Source: Vicugna vicugna
Taxonomy: Eukaryota
DNA: 64,000 nucleotides
Direction: 5' to 3'
Assembly: GCA_013265495.1 (NCBI GenBank)
Contig: MU058257.1
Span: 813,418-877,417 of the forward strand
A program made the position numbers and the translations under genes. Positions 1 through 12,582 of this stretch are shown here, in pieces. Within the stretch, counting starts at the first letter, position 1. Every line of letters begins with the position of its first letter. The notes under the pieces were generated by a model. It had not been told where the DNA came from. It saw only the letters and a list, made by a program, of their open reading frames with translations, and ran no database searches.

Positions 1-357
1 TGAGAAGCTTTAAGTTCTACTCTCTCAGAAATTTCCATTAGACGATACAGTAGTATCAACCAGAGTCACCATGTTACACATTAGAGCCTCAGATCTCATT
101 GATCTTGTAACCAAAGATTTGTGTAATTTGGCCAATCTGTCCCCATTTCCCCACCCCCAGCCCCTGGCAACCACTATTCCCTGTGTTTCTATGAATAGGA
201 CTTTTTTTTTTGATTCCAAGTATAAGTGATACCATGTCATATTTGTCTTTCTCCTTCTGACTTATTTCACTGAGAATAATGTTCTTCAGATTCACAAATG
301 ACAGGGTTTCCTTCTTTTTGAAGGCTGATTACTATTCATTCGTATATCTGTACACAC
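1..357 (-). mobile_element. LINE-1 3' end fragment (ORF2 C-terminus and 3' UTR)
   Basis: Minus ORF 89..295 'MNLKNIILSEISQKEKDKYDMVSL' is the typical L1 ORF2 tail; 'cccctggcaaccact' is a typical L1 3' UTR motif. Confidence 0.85.
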
Positions 358-369
358 AATTACATACAT

Positions 370-590
370 AATCTGGGGATTTCCTCCAATTGTGTCACTG
401 TGCCTGGGGTGCAGTTTATGGCAGAAGGATGATTCCTACTCATTTTCTTGTGGATATTTTCTCTGCCATCCAGTGTGTGGGAGTCACTCAGCTACCCCCA
501 GGGCTCTTCCAGGAGGAAGGATCCGTGTGCGGCTGTGTATTTGGTGCATTTGGGAGGAAGAGAAGGAGAGGCCTCCAATGTAGCCATCCT
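370..590 (-). mobile_element. LINE-1 5' terminus fragment
   Basis: 'ggaggaaggatccgtgtgcggctgtgtatttggtgcatttgggaggaag...tagccatcctg' resembles the reverse complement of laurasiatherian L1 5' ends, which terminate in a YY1-type gccatctt motif (recalled consensus). Confidence 0.55.
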
Positions 591-675
591 GGTGATGCCA
601 CCATCTTGGTGATGACACCATCATCTTGGTGATGCCACCACCATCTTGGTGATGTCACCATCTTGGTGATGTCAC
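583..675. repeat. Minisatellite, ~5 copies of a 17-20-bp unit (c)catcttggtgatg(c/t/a)cac
   Basis: Tandem units directly visible. Confidence 0.9.
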
Positions 676-2168
676 TCTTGTCAAAGTTTATTTTAGGTGC
701 AACACTTCTTCTGAGCTCCAGCGGTGAGACCTACTCTTTTGACCTGTCCAATGATCCCAAACAGCAAAAAGGAGGTTGGCATTGTCTACCTTTCTTAGCA
801 CCGATCAGGGTTGTAATTTCATTGATCTGGGTGCTCTTTCTCCACACGCCTGCGTGCAGCAGGAAGGTGGGGACCTGCCTAGCTTTCACAGCCCCAGGCT
901 AAGTAGGGCTCAATGTGTAGTCAGTTGACGTGAGTTGAAAGAATGAACAATGAGAGTGAGTTAAAGCCAGCTCTGCAATGTGTGCGTTGTGGACATTTAG
1001 GTGAGCATCCTACTTCTCGGAGCCTCAGATTCTTTATTTATCAAATGGTTGATTTGACCTAGACATTCTCCAAGGCCCTCAGCCTTCGGTTCCATAAACA
1101 GGTCAGTGTTCAATGCCTCTGGGCCCTGCCCCTACCCCTTCCCCTGGGAACCGCCTACTCGGCCCCCACCTGACCCGCTGCATCTCACTCTGCGGTACCA
1201 GCTTCCTGATAGAGCCATCCGGCCAGGGATGGGCCTGGAACCTTGCTGGGAGGCACCCATTCTCTTCTCCAGATTCTGCTTCTGGCTGAGCTGTGAACTG
1301 TGGATGTGGGAACTCCGAGGTGGCCCCCTCCTGCCCAGTGTGGACAGTCAGGCAGAGGAGCCAGATGCAGAGGCAGAAGAAGGAAGCCATCTACAGAGCA
1401 GGGCAGGCTTGCCAGGTGGAAAGTTCTGGCAACTTCCAGTTCCTTGCAGGCTTCCGGTCCGTGGATGCCCTGGGTGACTCATGTACTGATAGTAGATTTT
1501 CTTGTTTCCCCTTTTGAGGATGAAAAGTAGCTCTAATTCATTTTGCTACGTGTATTCAGAGGCCTAGCTAAATGTATACCTTCGTTCTTCTCAATAATTG
1601 CAGTTAGTTTAATTGGGTCCTCAGGTGAAGTCGGCTGGACGTGTCAAATCCTCATTCACAGACCAACGTGTGCTGTGAGCGGCGTTTATCAGGACCTGTG
1701 AGACACTGACTGTCTCTGGCACCATCTTCTGTGTTTCTGCGCAGCGGGGGCCCCGCAGAACCAGGGACATGAAGAGCCTTTGACTAGGGGAGCAAATAAT
1801 CCATCTCTCAGAATCAGGTGGCTCCTGCCTGCTGCTGGTGACCTTTGAGGTTGCTCCCGCACGCACAGCCTCCTGGAGCTCTCAGCCCTTCCTGCACACC
1901 TCTGCAGATGTCCTGGACCCTGGACAGGAGTCACCCTCCCGTAATATCAGCCCAAGCCCCTGTCCACCCGGGGTCTTCTCTGCACTGACCTGTCTTGCTG
2001 TCACCACATCCTGATTTCTTATCTCCCTTTCTGATCTCACTGAGAAATGGGAAGTTGGGTTATGAGTTATCTAATCACATTAGCTTCATTATTCCTGGGA
2101 AATTTCAGTCCTGGAGAGGTTATGCTGGGTGATGGAGGAAGTCAGAGGACTCGGGTTCTACTGGTAAA

Positions 2169-2221
2169 AGTGATCTTGAACAAAGTGATCTTGTAAGGTT
2201 ACAAGTGATCTTGAAAGGTTA
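2169..2221. repeat. Short tandem repeat, 3 copies of aagtgatcttg core
   Basis: aagtgatcttgaac / aagtgatcttgtaaggttac / aagtgatcttgaaaggtta. Confidence 0.8.
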
Positions 2222-4020
2222 GCGGCAATGGCATGACTCCTGGGATGCCCCTCCCCCGCCCTCACTGGTATCAGTTCCTAGGTTCCCACCACTGCCTCCC
2301 TCGGTGTCCTCCGGGACCTAGAGGGGTGGGGTCTTGTTTGCAGGTGGACCTTTCTCACTACGAGTCTGTCAGTTTCTCTGTGATGTTTTAACGTTTTTAA
2401 CTAAATGAGCTTTTTAAAGAAGATTCTCCCAGCAGACGGCGAGAGATGGGGTGGGGGAGGACAGCTCTTCGACCGGGAAGGTCTGGAGCACTCACTCTCC
2501 ATGTGCTGTCAGTGTTTGCCTGCAGTTTTTCCTGTCTCTTTCCTTGATTGGGAACATCACCGGTCCCTGGTTGTATTTTGTCTTCTCTGGGTCTTAAGTT
2601 TCCACGTGTCTCCTCCATCAGGACACTTCTGTTTCATAGACATGACGCTTTCTCCTTTTGCTTGACTCTCATTCCGATCTGGTAGGGGATCAGCGCTCTT
2701 GCAATGTTTTTAATCATCATTTTTTTTCTTTTGGTTGCCATGACGATCCCCCACCTTGTTCTGTGAATGACATCCCTTCAGCAGCAAGACAGGACTCCGG
2801 GGTAGCTGGCCTGGGGACTCCAAGGCAAAAATGAGGACCCTGGAGGGTTTGTCTCCTAATCTATGTTGCTGTCTTCACGAGGACCATTCTAACCACTTGC
2901 CCAAACCTTTCTCTCCATATGACAGACCAGCTGTCACACATCAGTCCACACGACAGCTCAGCTTCCAAAGCGTGGCCGCCCTGCAGCTGTCCACCATTTT
3001 GGAATCGTTTCATTAGCAGCATTATATGGGGGCCCAGTTTGCATGACAATGCTGCCTAAGATAACCAAAAACGTTTGTAGGTCTACCAGGGCCCTCTCGC
3101 GCCACTGTCTGCCGACTGCAATTTTTAGCTCCTTGTCCATTTCCTCCCGATTTCTGCCCTTCTTTTCCCTCTGAGCTGAGATCCCACCAAAGGAGAGACT
3201 GAAAATAAAGTAACTCACCAAATGGGAAAGAGGAGGTTTTCTAGTGACGTTAAGTTTGCAAAAACAAAAGTAAAGACAATGTAGGTTCATGTGAGGTCGA
3301 GGGTGGTGACAACCATCTAGTAACAGCCAAGAAGAGGCAACTTTATTGCTTCCTTGCAAATAAGCCCAAAACGATAGTTGATCAGGTTTCCACTACATTC
3401 ATAGTGGAGCATTTCATGATCTTCTAAGGAGAAATTTGCTGAAATATAAGACTTGTGCTTTGGAGAAAAATGCCAATTTCTGTTAAAATCCTTAAACGTA
3501 TTTGTCACACTTTCTTTCTAAATGCCAGACTGACTCCTCTGGGGCTCAGAGCTTCACTAATTTGTTTGTTTCTTTTATAACATCATGGCCGTGAAATTTA
3601 CAGTTAAAATGACCATTGTTTTGCACTGGGTGTTCTTGGCCTGATATTGCTACATAATTTTCACCACGGCTTTTAGGGACTGACTCGTTTCGTCTTGGCA
3701 CTTACTGAGTATTCTTGTCCTTTGCAGCATAGAGATGCCTCAAGTTGGCAGGAAGGAAAGGGAAGGCTTTGTGGTGCTGAATACCAAATCCGGCCTCTGT
3801 TACAGTGCTGGAGGAATGCTTTTTGGCATGACCCTGGAGACAGCCAGAAGGACGTCCTGAGGACGGTCTGATGTGGACAGAGAGAGCTTCCCATGGTGCC
3901 ACTGGTGGTCAGGCAGGCAGGCAGGGCAGCTGCCTCTGAATGAGTAGAAATTACAGTTGCAGTGTTCAGCTTAGGTAGTGTGTTTTGGAAGGCAGCTTAA
4001 GTAAAAGGGAAGCCTAATAT

Positions 4021-4538
4021 TGTTATGGAGTCCAAACTCGTTCTGCTCACCGCACGACAGGCCAGTAAATCGGGAAACGAGGGGTTGGGGCGAGGAAGGA
4101 TGACGTCATTGGGAAAGCCAGCAGACCGAGAAGATGGGGGACTAATGTCCTGGAGAACCGTTTTCCCCGAGTCAGAACTCAGGTTCCTTTTATACTAAAA
4201 GGGGAGGGGTGTGGTTGGTTGTTGCAAACTTCCTGTTGTCGGGCTCCTTTGTTCTTGCAGCTGCCCACGTGGGGCAGGTCACAATGTTTCTATAAACCTC
4301 CAAGAAGACACATGTTACTCTCTGTTCTGCAACTTTACATCTCTATACGAATGGGAAAGTGCTCTCCCTTTGAAGGTCAGAGCCTGGACAATGGGCTCCC
4401 CTGTGTGTTTCAGGCTCTGGGCCACATTCTTTTACAAAAGGTGCAGAACCAGCAGGACTGAGCCCAGGAAACAGAGCCCAGGGTTAGAGCTAAAGGAACA
4501 GGTCCAATATGGGGTCAGCTTTGCTCTCCCCCGTTTCA
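4021..4538 (-). mobile_element. Solo ERV LTR, family A copy 1
   Basis: TG...CA termini, ~520 bp, homologous along its length to 5640-6156, 48781-49292 and 50110-50624. Confidence 0.85.
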
Positions 4539-5435
4539 GTGTGATCAAGGCCTGAATGTTTGCCTGTTTCCCCATCAGTCTTTGATGGAAAAAAATCAAT
4601 ATTAAGACGATTGTCTTTTTGACTGACTTCCAGTGTTGGGTTAGAGTCAGACAGAAGGGGACATCCATGAGGCGAGGCAGCTGGGATTAAAAGGCATCGC
4701 AGCTGGACGGTCCTCAGAGATGTCCATCCAGGTACCGCCTGGCCTCTCACTGCGACCGTCTACAGTGGAGGCTGATGCCACAGCTGACAAGGAGGTTCTT
4801 TCCAGAGGCACAGGTGTGGCCACAACCCCGCAGACCAGCCGTTTAGGAGAGGAGGCTGAACCTGGGTGAATCTGCAGGGTGGACGTCAATAGCATATTCT
4901 GGGCTTTCTTTCTCTGGGAAGAGGGATTCCTGGAGCAGTAGGTGTGGGTGGATGGCCAGTCACAGAAAGCTGGGTAACAGAGGTTAAAGAAAATCCGAAG
5001 TTTGGCCATACCGGGCTGTAATTGGGAAGCTGGCTGGAAACAGGAGTGAACGGGGGAGAGCAGCGTCAGGGCTTAGAGTCCTAGAATGAGACCTGCGTTC
5101 TCTTATTGCCCCTCCCTCACTGGTCTGAGCCCATCCCTCGTGTCTGTGGTCCTTCTAATCCATCCTGCTGGGCTGGGCTTGGCAGTGACCTGGATGTGGC
5201 AGGGAAAGTGGGAGAGACCAGTGGGGAGGGCACAGAGCCTGGTGACCGCTCTCGTGTTTGCCTTCTTCAGCGGGGAGGGCACGAAGCCAAGCACCAGGTC
5301 CCCACTTCCAGGCTCTCATTGTCTGAACGAGCTGACTTGCTGCAGAGGAAACTCACAGATATGCTCAGTTTCCCAGCATAAACAACTGGGGCAGATTCCC
5401 AAGGGCGTGAGGTCTGGGCGCAGTGACCTTGCCTC

Positions 5436-5461
5436 TGTGTGTGTGTGTGTGTGTGTGTGTG
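5436..5461. repeat. (TG)n microsatellite
   Basis: Directly visible. Confidence 0.95.
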
Positions 5462-5639
5462 AGAAAAGGGACCATGGAGGTCACCCGTGGTGTCACAGGC
5501 TCTCCTCTCAGAGTATGAGCATTGTGTTTATTATCTTGCCGAGTAGACCTGTGTGAGGGTAAGGTCCAGGAAAGATAGAAAAGTTACAGCTCATACTGTC
5601 TTCTGTTCATGTTCACTCTCCACATCTTGAAGGAGAACA

Positions 5640-6156
5640 TGTCACAGGGAAGAGCAAGCCTGACCCCATGCTGGACCTGCGCCTTTGGCTCCGACCCTGC
5701 GCTCTGCTGCCTGGGCTCAGTCACGCTGGTTTCGCACCTTTTGTAAAAATGTCCCCTAGAGCCTGAAATACACAGGACAGCCCGTTCCCAAGCTCTGGCC
5801 TGTACAGGGATGACACTTCCCCGTTCATATAGAGATAAAAAGTTGCAGAGGAGAGAATAGCATTTGTCTTGTTGGAGGTTTACAGGTGCACCATGACTTG
5901 ACCTACGTGGACAGTTCCAAGAACAAAGGATTTTGACACCAAGGCGTTTGCAACCATCAACCACACCCCCTCTCCTTTTTAGCATGAAAGGAGCCTGAGT
6001 TCTGACTCAGCGAAGATGGTTCTTTGAGACACTAGTACCCCATCTTCTCAGTCTGTTGGCTTTACAAATAAAGTCATTATTCTTTGCCTTAACAACTCAG
6101 CTCGCAATTTTTTGACCTGTCCTGCAGCGAGCAGAATGAGTTTGGACTCAGTAATA
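5640..6156 (+). mobile_element. Solo ERV LTR, family A copy 2
   Basis: Starts tgtcaca, AATAAA at ~6067, ends ggactcagtaata; reverse-complement homologue of copy 1. Confidence 0.85.
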
Positions 6157-8659
6157 AAAGGAGATGAAAAAATATGGAGAGGGCTGAGCTGGCCTGTAAT
6201 ACCCGTGGGTCAACCAGAAGGGTTTGGTGTGATTTTAATCCCAGTGATTTTTGAAATTTAGTGAGGGAAAGGAACACTGAGCTCCTTTTCTGGCGTGCTG
6301 AATAATGGTAATATATGCTTTAAAGTCTCATTATAACCATTAACATGAATAACCAGTGATTTAGAATTTGAGTTAAAGACTTAGGCTGCTACCCTGGTGC
6401 TCTTCGAGTGTTTGAATATAATTATTGGAGGATTAAATGGAGACACATCGATCAGTCCCAGAAATAAATAGCAGGCTTGCTTGCAAAGCCGAAATTGGAA
6501 TGGAGAAATGAGAATTCTCAGGGAAAATGTCTGTTGTGTGAATGAATGCATAAAAAGTGAGGCATTCCACACCTTAATTACAGGAAGATTTTAGGGAAGA
6601 AATTAAAGCTTTAAAGAAGACAAATGAGCAACGTGTGACTTTAAGACACAATATTGCTTTGGTTTTGGTCTACGGGATCGAAGAAGGGATGAAGTAACGA
6701 GGTAAACATGGTATTTTCATTATTTCATGATCTTCTTCATTCAGACAGAATCTGATGCTGAGCTACATTTCTTGAGGTAAAAGGTATATCCAGGACCCAT
6801 TTAAACATTGTCTCAAACAGCAGTTACATATTAAATTGAGACAAACCTACTGCCTCATCCTTATTTCCTAATAGACGAATCCTTAGTGGTTCATATTGTA
6901 CCTAGAAAAAATGGGATTTATCATCAGAGCTAAGCAAATCAGTAGCGATTTGCTTCATTATAAAGATCACCTTGGATTTGATGGTGTAAAATGCACTCAG
7001 GATCAGATGACTACACGTATTTTTGGAAAAAAGAAAATCCTTTCAATTAAATTTTTTTTTACACTGTAAATGTGTTTCTAGTGACTTAAGTCAGACCCCG
7101 AAGGCTGATTTTAATGTACTTTCATTAAGGATTTCATTGATGTGTGAGCTCAGGGTGCTTTTGGCTGAAGTCCTGTCTGCTGAGATGTTAGCGAAATCTC
7201 AAGCAAGGTGAACAAAACACAGCCAGCTCTGCCAAACAGGATTCTGAAGGCCTCACAAAAATAAAATCATCTCAAAGAAACTTTGAAACGCAACACGGAA
7301 CAGAACGCAGGAGGCATTTTCAAAAGCTTTGCTGCCTTTGGACTCACAGACCACCGAGAGATCAGCCAGATTCTGATGTCCGGGAGGGAATGTTAGGAAG
7401 TTCTGGGCTCACTCATCCCTCTGGAGACTGAAAAAGCTAACAAAAATTCGAACTGTCAAACCATTTTATAATATAAAAAAAGAATCCAGTCCATGCACGT
7501 TTGCAATTTCCATAAATTAGCCTTGCAGGCCAGCATGGTGTTTCGTAACATTGTCGAGCAATGCATCATACAAATTAGACTAGGGCTCTGGCCAAGAACT
7601 GTTTTAAGGAAAATTACAGAGCCTCTGCCCTTTCCTGCACACAGAGCTCAGATCTCGTCTGTCTGACTGGAATCACAAAGAGGCAACGGAACATCTTACC
7701 CCAAATATTATTGTAAAATAGTGGCACAAAGGCTCTTTCCAAGAGACGGGTCCTGCGGCAAACTTGGGCAAGGTGAAGGCAGCGCCTGAGACCCGGGGGC
7801 TCCGAGGCACTGGGCTGGATTTGCAAATCAGATTTCAAATGAGCAGTGAGATACAATTAGGGAGATCAATGTATGAGAGCAGCACCTGGGGCTGCTGCAG
7901 CGGGAATGCAAAACTGTGCTCTGGAATCAAGCACCCGACTGACACTGTTGTTAGAGACGGTGAAATGTGACTTTTTTCTTTTCAAGCTGCCACTTCGCCA
8001 GCAGAACCCCCAGCTCTCTGGCCACGAAGGCCCCTCCTGAAGTTCCCACCCATTGCCGACTCCCTCCTGTCCCTTTCTCTCCTCCCCAGCTCCCAGCCTC
8101 TGTGGACCCTGTTCCTCTGCCTGGATTGCCTGTTCCACAGGCTTCTGCATTGATTCTAACAACCAACAGCGATTCACTGTGTGGGAGTGCTCTGTCCTGC
8201 TTGAGAGGGATGGAATTCAAGGATTTTTAAGACCCAGGCACTTCCCTCAAGGGGTTTAAAATCTCCTTAGAATGAAAAGCAACAAGCAGATATAACATAA
8301 CGAGAAACATCAGGCAATAAACTAGCGCGATGTGTGGGAGTGGTGGAGGGACGCAGACAGGGCTCACTCCCTGGGAAGTCACAGGGACTTCAAGGTCCAG
8401 GAGGACAGGCAGGGTACAGGCAGGCGGACTCGGATGGGCTGGGGCGTGGACCGGCATTTCCAACAGGGGCTCAGCAGGAGCAAAGGCAGGCGAGCAGGAT
8501 GAAGGAGAGAAACGAGATGGGGTGATGGAAATGGTCAGATGCCCAGAGCAGGGAGCAGCTTACATGGGGCAGGGGCGGGGGACAAAGCTTTCGTAGGTTT
8601 GCATTTTGCTAGGTTACCCAGTAAGCGAGACGGGGACGCTAGAGTGAAGGGGCATTCCG

Positions 8660-8820
8660 GGGATAACACGCAGGGCCCAGGGCAAAATGAGAATGTGGGG
8701 CCTCTTGTGAAAAGAGTGGGGGAAAGGTTCCATTAATGTCCTAAAGTAAAAGTGCCCATGGCCCATCGACCTGGAGAAAGATGCTTGGCAGTTCCAGGTC
8801 CCTGCGACTCTGCCTGTTTC
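8660..8820. mobile_element. MER45-like hAT DNA transposon fragment
   Basis: 'cagggcccagggcaaaatgagaatgtggggcctcttg' resembles the recalled MER45 consensus. Confidence 0.45.
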
Positions 8821-9569
8821 ATCACTGGTGACATGGTGATAGGATTTGGGAGGTGTTGTTCTGAATGTTCTTTGTCACCCAGCCTTACCGTCTTTAGTCT
8901 CTTTGTCCATTCTACAAGCGATCATCTTGGTTGGATGAGAAATATCCCTCCTAAAGTCCAGCCATGCACCGAGGCTTTCTGCTTCTGTGTAGGTTCCTAA
9001 CCATCTCAGAGAGGCACGAGCGCAGCCTGGGTGGGCACTATCTGCAAGGGAGGGGCTGGAGAGGGCCGGCCCCCACACCTGCGGAGCAGTGATGGGGTGG
9101 GGAGGTGGGAGGAGACAGGAGAGCCACAGAGAGGATCCCGGCTTCTAGGCAAGGTCCTGGAAGATGGTGACATCGACACAGTGGGCAGGGCCCCTCAGAG
9201 CAGGTGGATTCAAAGCCAGGGAAGGGATGCTACTACAAGCGACCTCATGAGGGAAATTGCTGCTTGAAGGAAGACGAGAAAAAGGGGAAATAAGCAGGAT
9301 GGGGAAATGCTTGGCTAGAGAAGTTGCTGTTTCTGGCATGGGGAGAATTACTCAGTTAATTCCTCTAAAGTTCCAGAGGGAGAAAACTGGCTGACTGAGA
9401 GGAGAGCAGGTCTGGGAAGAGTCAACTGGGAGGAAGAAGGCAAATCACGAGACCAGCGAGAGCTGACTCATGCTCAGGACCAGGCTGGAGGGAGAAGTCG
9501 GTGATGCCCGCGCTGGGGCGTCTGTCCTGGGAACTTTCATTATCCAAAGCCCGGCTGTGACTCACACTC

Positions 9570-11400
9570 ATTTCAGTCATGATTCGGGTTCCAGAGTTGG
9601 GAGATTACAGAGCATAAAGTAAGTGTGAGCAGTGGAGCAGTTTCTGACTTATTTTGGGGGATGAGATGAGCACTGACTTGGCAGCAGTGCTGATGCACAG
9701 ACCAAAGATGCAGCTGTCAGGTGTCAGGTGATCATGCTGATTGGAGAGGACACAGGCAGACGGACAGAAGCAAGGGTCCATTGTAGATGCTTAAACTGAG
9801 ATGGGGACGAAGGTGGGGTGTTCATGCTGAAGGGGAGAGGGAATAATGCTTTGTTCTGAGATTGTCCTCTGGGAAGGACTGAGCACTCTCTGCAGGCAGG
9901 CTGTGTAGGTGCACAACCACACTGTGTGTAGTCAGAGACCATTCTCTCATGAATAATTTGCTCAGACTCACATATTCCAAGGGTGAGCCCCTGGCCCAGT
10001 GGTACCCATGGGGAAGTGGTGCTTCGTGACCTCACGTCAGTGAAGGACAAGCCTGTGAAGAAGGAACCAGAGACACGAGGAACAACTAAAAGTAATCTTT
10101 CTGAAATGTAACCTTCCTTCTTCAGGATTGCCAAATTCTAAACAGTATACATCCATCAAAGATTATAAAAATGCATCCAGATACTAATTCTAAGAGATAC
10201 ATGCACCCCAATATTCATAGCAGCCCTATTTACAACAGCCAAGATATGGAAACAACCTAAGTGTCCATCGACAGATGACTGGATAAAGAAGATGTGGTGT
10301 ATGTACACAATGGAATACTACTCAGACATAAAAAAGAATGAAATTCTGCCCTTTGCAACAACATGGATGGACCTGGAGGGCATTTTACTTAGAGAAATAA
10401 GTCAGATAGAAAAAGACAAATGCTGTATGCTATCACTTCTATGTGGAGTCTGAAAAATAAAATGAATGAACAGGACAAAACAGAAGCAAACTAGAGGTTA
10501 CCAGTGGGGGGAGGGGAAGGGGGTAAGGTAGGGTACAAACTACTACGTATACAGTAAATAAATTACAAGGATAGACTTTTAAAAATCCTCTCTTTGTTGA
10601 ACGTATGATTCAATACATATTAATGTAATGTTTCCCCAAGTTAATTTATAAATTCAGTCTCAAAAAAAGTATGGCCAAGAGTGCATAATTTCTAGATATC
10701 AAAATTATCTCCTGATAAATAACAAAAAGGCAGCTTTAATTACTCAGAAAATAACAGTACACTAGCAGTCCTATTTCCCAGGGGGTCATACAATCCACCC
10801 CTGCTTTAACAATCCACACCTGCTCTCAGAAAAACTGCACAAATCCAAGGATATTTACCTCAGGAGCTAACTCTGATTCCAATAGCAGAAGTGACTTGGA
10901 TCTGAGTGATCCAGGAGGGTCCAGAGAGAGCTGCGTAACAAACCCAGGAATACCCTTCCAACCACCCAGCAGAGGGAAGTAGGAGACAGAATGGACAATT
11001 ACAGATCTTTCTTGAAGCCTAAGGACCAGAAAGCAGTCAACCATGTACACATTGAAGAGAAGAGAACAGGACTCACAGAGGCAGGCAGGAGTTTAACTCA
11101 TCAGAGAGAAGCTGAGGACAGGGCTGAAGAAGCATATGGAAAATGTGGCAACAGTGAACTGTATACCAACATGGAACTGGGCTGAGAGCAAAATAAAAGA
11201 GAATGAATAATGCGTACGGAAGATGGAAGGATGACGTGAAATTTGTTGTCCGGTTGGGGAATTCCTTGTTGAGATTCCAATGGTCAAGTGCTTAAAAGAC
11301 TTTGAAAAGAGGAAGAATGAGACTTCCAATTTGTGTCACATGAACCCAGATTCTACTGGAACCTTCTTCACATTAGAGAGAGTTTTGCAGACCAGGAGAA
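9570..11400 (+). pseudogene. Decayed Ty3/Gypsy retrotransposon integrase (MamGyp-int-like), interrupted by an L1
   Basis: Collinear motif remnants across frames: VVRDH (9928-9942, cf. LVVTDHF); RNQRHEEQLKVIFLKCNLPSSGLP (10062-10133, cf. RNQxAxTVAKVLWEKFFxxYGLP); YFPGGHTIHPCFN (10772-10810, cf. YHPQGNGQCERFN); GRWKDD (11218-11235, cf. ADRWE); purine tract at 11525-11537. Confidence 0.55.
10170..10575 (+). mobile_element. LINE-1 3' fragment inserted in the Gypsy remnant
   Basis: 'gatacatgcaccccaatattcatagcagccctatttacaacagccaagatatggaaacaacctaagtgtccatc' is an L1 ORF2 end (DTCTPxFIAALFTxAKxWKQPKCPS). Confidence 0.9.
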
Positions 11401-11552
11401 CCTAAAAGCATCCCTGGGTCAAAATCCTAATTCCAACTTCTTCTTTCAAGAATCATGAATTGACTTGAGCCCATTAATTGACACAATATGGACACACAAC
11501 TTTGATTGTCTAAAGTGAAGACATGAGGGGGAGGGGGTTAAAACAAGCATAT

Positions 11553-12000
11553 TGTAATGCCCTGGAATGAAAAACAAAAGGTTGATTTCAGGGACAAAAC
11601 GGGGTTACATATCTTACTTGGCACCTTACTTGGTATAAAAAAGAAACATGACTTGTTTCAGAACAAACTGAAACAAGGGAGATGCCTAGAAGAGGAGAGG
11701 AAGCAACTCTCATGGAAAAACTAGAAGAAAATCCCAGAGTAAATGACAGACGGGTAGCCCATGCCTTGAAGGCAACATCGGGGGCCGTTTCTGGGGATGT
11801 CTGTTTGTTTTGTACTTTCTGGGTAATGGAACTTCTTGGGCATTTTTGTTTAGTGACAAACCTTGAAAGTCTGTCCCTACTCCCCTCCATACACCAAGAA
11901 AAAAACCATTGATATTGCAGGATAAAATAAATGTCTTTATTAGACCTTTCTGTGCTAAAGCGTTCATTTAATTTTGAATAACCATAAAGAGTGACCTGTA
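11553..12000 (+). mobile_element. Possible Gypsy-type LTR remnant
   Basis: TGTAA start 15 nt after a polypurine tract, downstream of the integrase remnant; AATAAA near 11926; boundaries uncertain. Confidence 0.3.
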
Positions 12001-12549
12001 AAACTGGACCAATTTTGTTTAAGCTCGAAGGCAGACGAAGGATGAGAGCAATGTAAGATTCTGCAATAAGACAAAGGCAATAAAGGATACAAGCAGTGGA
12101 AAGCAATTTAGGGAGTAGCAGTGGTGGCTTTCAGAACGACACACGGGGGGCCCCGGACTGCACCGCGAGAGAAGGCGGGCCTGCAGATAGCTTAGTCAGC
12201 TCAGCAGTAAGCGTGGGACAGGACCGAGCTTCTGAGCAAGGGCTTCTGCTAATAGTCCTGAGCTTATGATGTCCATTTCAAAAATGCACACGGTGCTGGC
12301 TAGTAAGAAACGTGGAGTTGAATGAGGGGAGAGCTGAGACCTAACCTAAATGCACACAGATCCAGGTGGTGAGTGGAGGACCGGAAATGGTGTACCTACG
12401 GAGTCTGAATCAAAAGAAGCATGTGATAGGGAAAAGCCATCCCCCTTCCAATCTCCCAACCCATAGAAGTGTATAGGTTGCTGTTAAAGTATGTGCATAT
12501 GAGAAAAAGGTAGATAAATGATAAAGATAGGTAGACAGATAGAGATGCA

Positions 12550-12582
12550 TGAATGGATGGATGGATGGATGGATGGATGGAT
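12550..12582. repeat. (GGAT)n microsatellite
   Basis: Directly visible. Confidence 0.9.

Noticed and set aside
583..675. CRISPR-like repeat with palindromic units
   Set aside because: No unique spacers and a eukaryotic context; it is a minisatellite
4211..4555. Apparent small-protein family (similar ORFs at 4211, 5584, 48965 and 50087)
   Set aside because: These are antisense translations of the same LTR family, not genes
11588..12106. 172-aa minus-strand ORF
   Set aside because: Non-ATG start, no homology recognised, overlaps a probable LTR remnant
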